Source of the DNA: Nageia nagi | Taxonomy: Eukaryota; Plantae; Pinophyta | Direction: 5' to 3' | DNA length: 64,000 nt | Assembly (NCBI GenBank): GCA_050084985.1 | Contig: JBITNC010000001.1 | Coordinates: forward strand, 141,236,001-141,300,000 | Notes under the pieces: model-generated | Database searches by the model: none | What the model was told of the DNA's origin: nothing | The model's input: the letters and a program-made list of their open reading frames with translations, nothing else | Made by a program: the position numbers and the translations under genes | Shown: positions 63,213 through 64,000 of the stretch, piece by piece | How positions within the stretch are numbered: the first letter of the stretch is position 1 | Layout of the letters: every line of letters begins with the position of its first letter

Positions 63213-64000
63213 TGTTAGGATCCCACATCCTAACATTTTAGTGTTAGTATTAGTATTTTATTAAATTTTGACCTATATTATAAACCGTAATATTGTAATT
63301 GTAAGGGCAGGGTCCGATTTTACATTACTATTACGGTTAGGGTTAGTTTATTATAAATAGATAGAACTATGTGGATAAATGCATCTTGAACATTATTTTT
63401 CACTTTTGGAGTTGTAAGGAGGTAGCCCCCTCGAAGTGTGCTGTGATTCTATTACTATTTAGTAAAATCCTATCCTTATCTGCTTATTGTTGCTAATTCA
63501 TGTTCTATTTATTAGCGCATGCTCTATTATTACCACTAGATAGTTATCATTTTTCTATTTAAAATCAATATTCATTTCATTTTTGCAATATTTCCTATTT
63601 CATATTTGTAGCATTGTAACATTTGGTATCAAAGCTCTTTCCAAGGTCATTCTATTGCAAGAAAATAAATTTTTTTTTAGAGGTCTAAGCTAGAAACCTT
63701 GTACTAGGGGTTCTAAAATATCCAGGAGGATCTATCATTTTTGGCTAAGCACACTTACCCATAAAGCTATGTGTGAAGTGGGGTGCAAAAAATTCTACAC
63801 TAAAACCCAGGCCTCAGACAGAACCCTACATGGAATTGGACTCCATGTATTGAAAGGTATATCAAAGACTATCTAGGCTATAAATAAAAACTAGGTAGGA
63901 AGCTATGTCAATCATTTGTAAATTATAGTGCACCAGCAAGTGCCATTGGAAAGTTACTTATCACAAAAGCCATCTTTGTAGCCTCTTTCCTTATGAAAGT
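63213..64000 (+). mobile_element. 5' LTR (63213-63621) and PBS of an LTR retrotransposon extending past the window
   Basis: TGTTAGG...GTAACA boundaries; TATAAATA at ~63352; PBS TGGTATCAAAGC at 63624-63635. Confidence 0.75.

Overview
Plant nuclear DNA: AT-rich, CpG-depleted and TE-dense, with very long introns and TE families that suggest a gymnosperm (inference). It holds two host genes. (1) A multi-exon + strand gene, not visible as one unit in the ORF track, can be spliced by hand with consistent phases: exons 9555-9624, 9861-10096, 10229-10339, 10540-10707, 10929-11219, 21424-21572, 22582-25819/26745. It encodes an unusual Agenet(Tudor-like)-B3-AP2x3 protein whose 5' end appears to lie upstream of the window. 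(2) An intronless L-type lectin receptor kinase on the - strand (56238-58330) with a single 1-bp frameshift. The rest is transposon material: a hAT element carrying a nested non-autonomous Ty3/gypsy (TSD TCATC), a tRNA-derived SINE, an RTE-like RT relic, a decayed Ty1/copia, a near full-length decayed L1-like LINE with a 13-bp TSD, a hAT MITE, a non-autonomous copia derivative with acidic filler and repeated hairpin motifs, small PPR and possible lipase relics, and the 5' LTR+PBS of an element that runs off the right edge. A strongly self-complementary ~200-nt element in the intron after the B3 exon is a candidate structured RNA.
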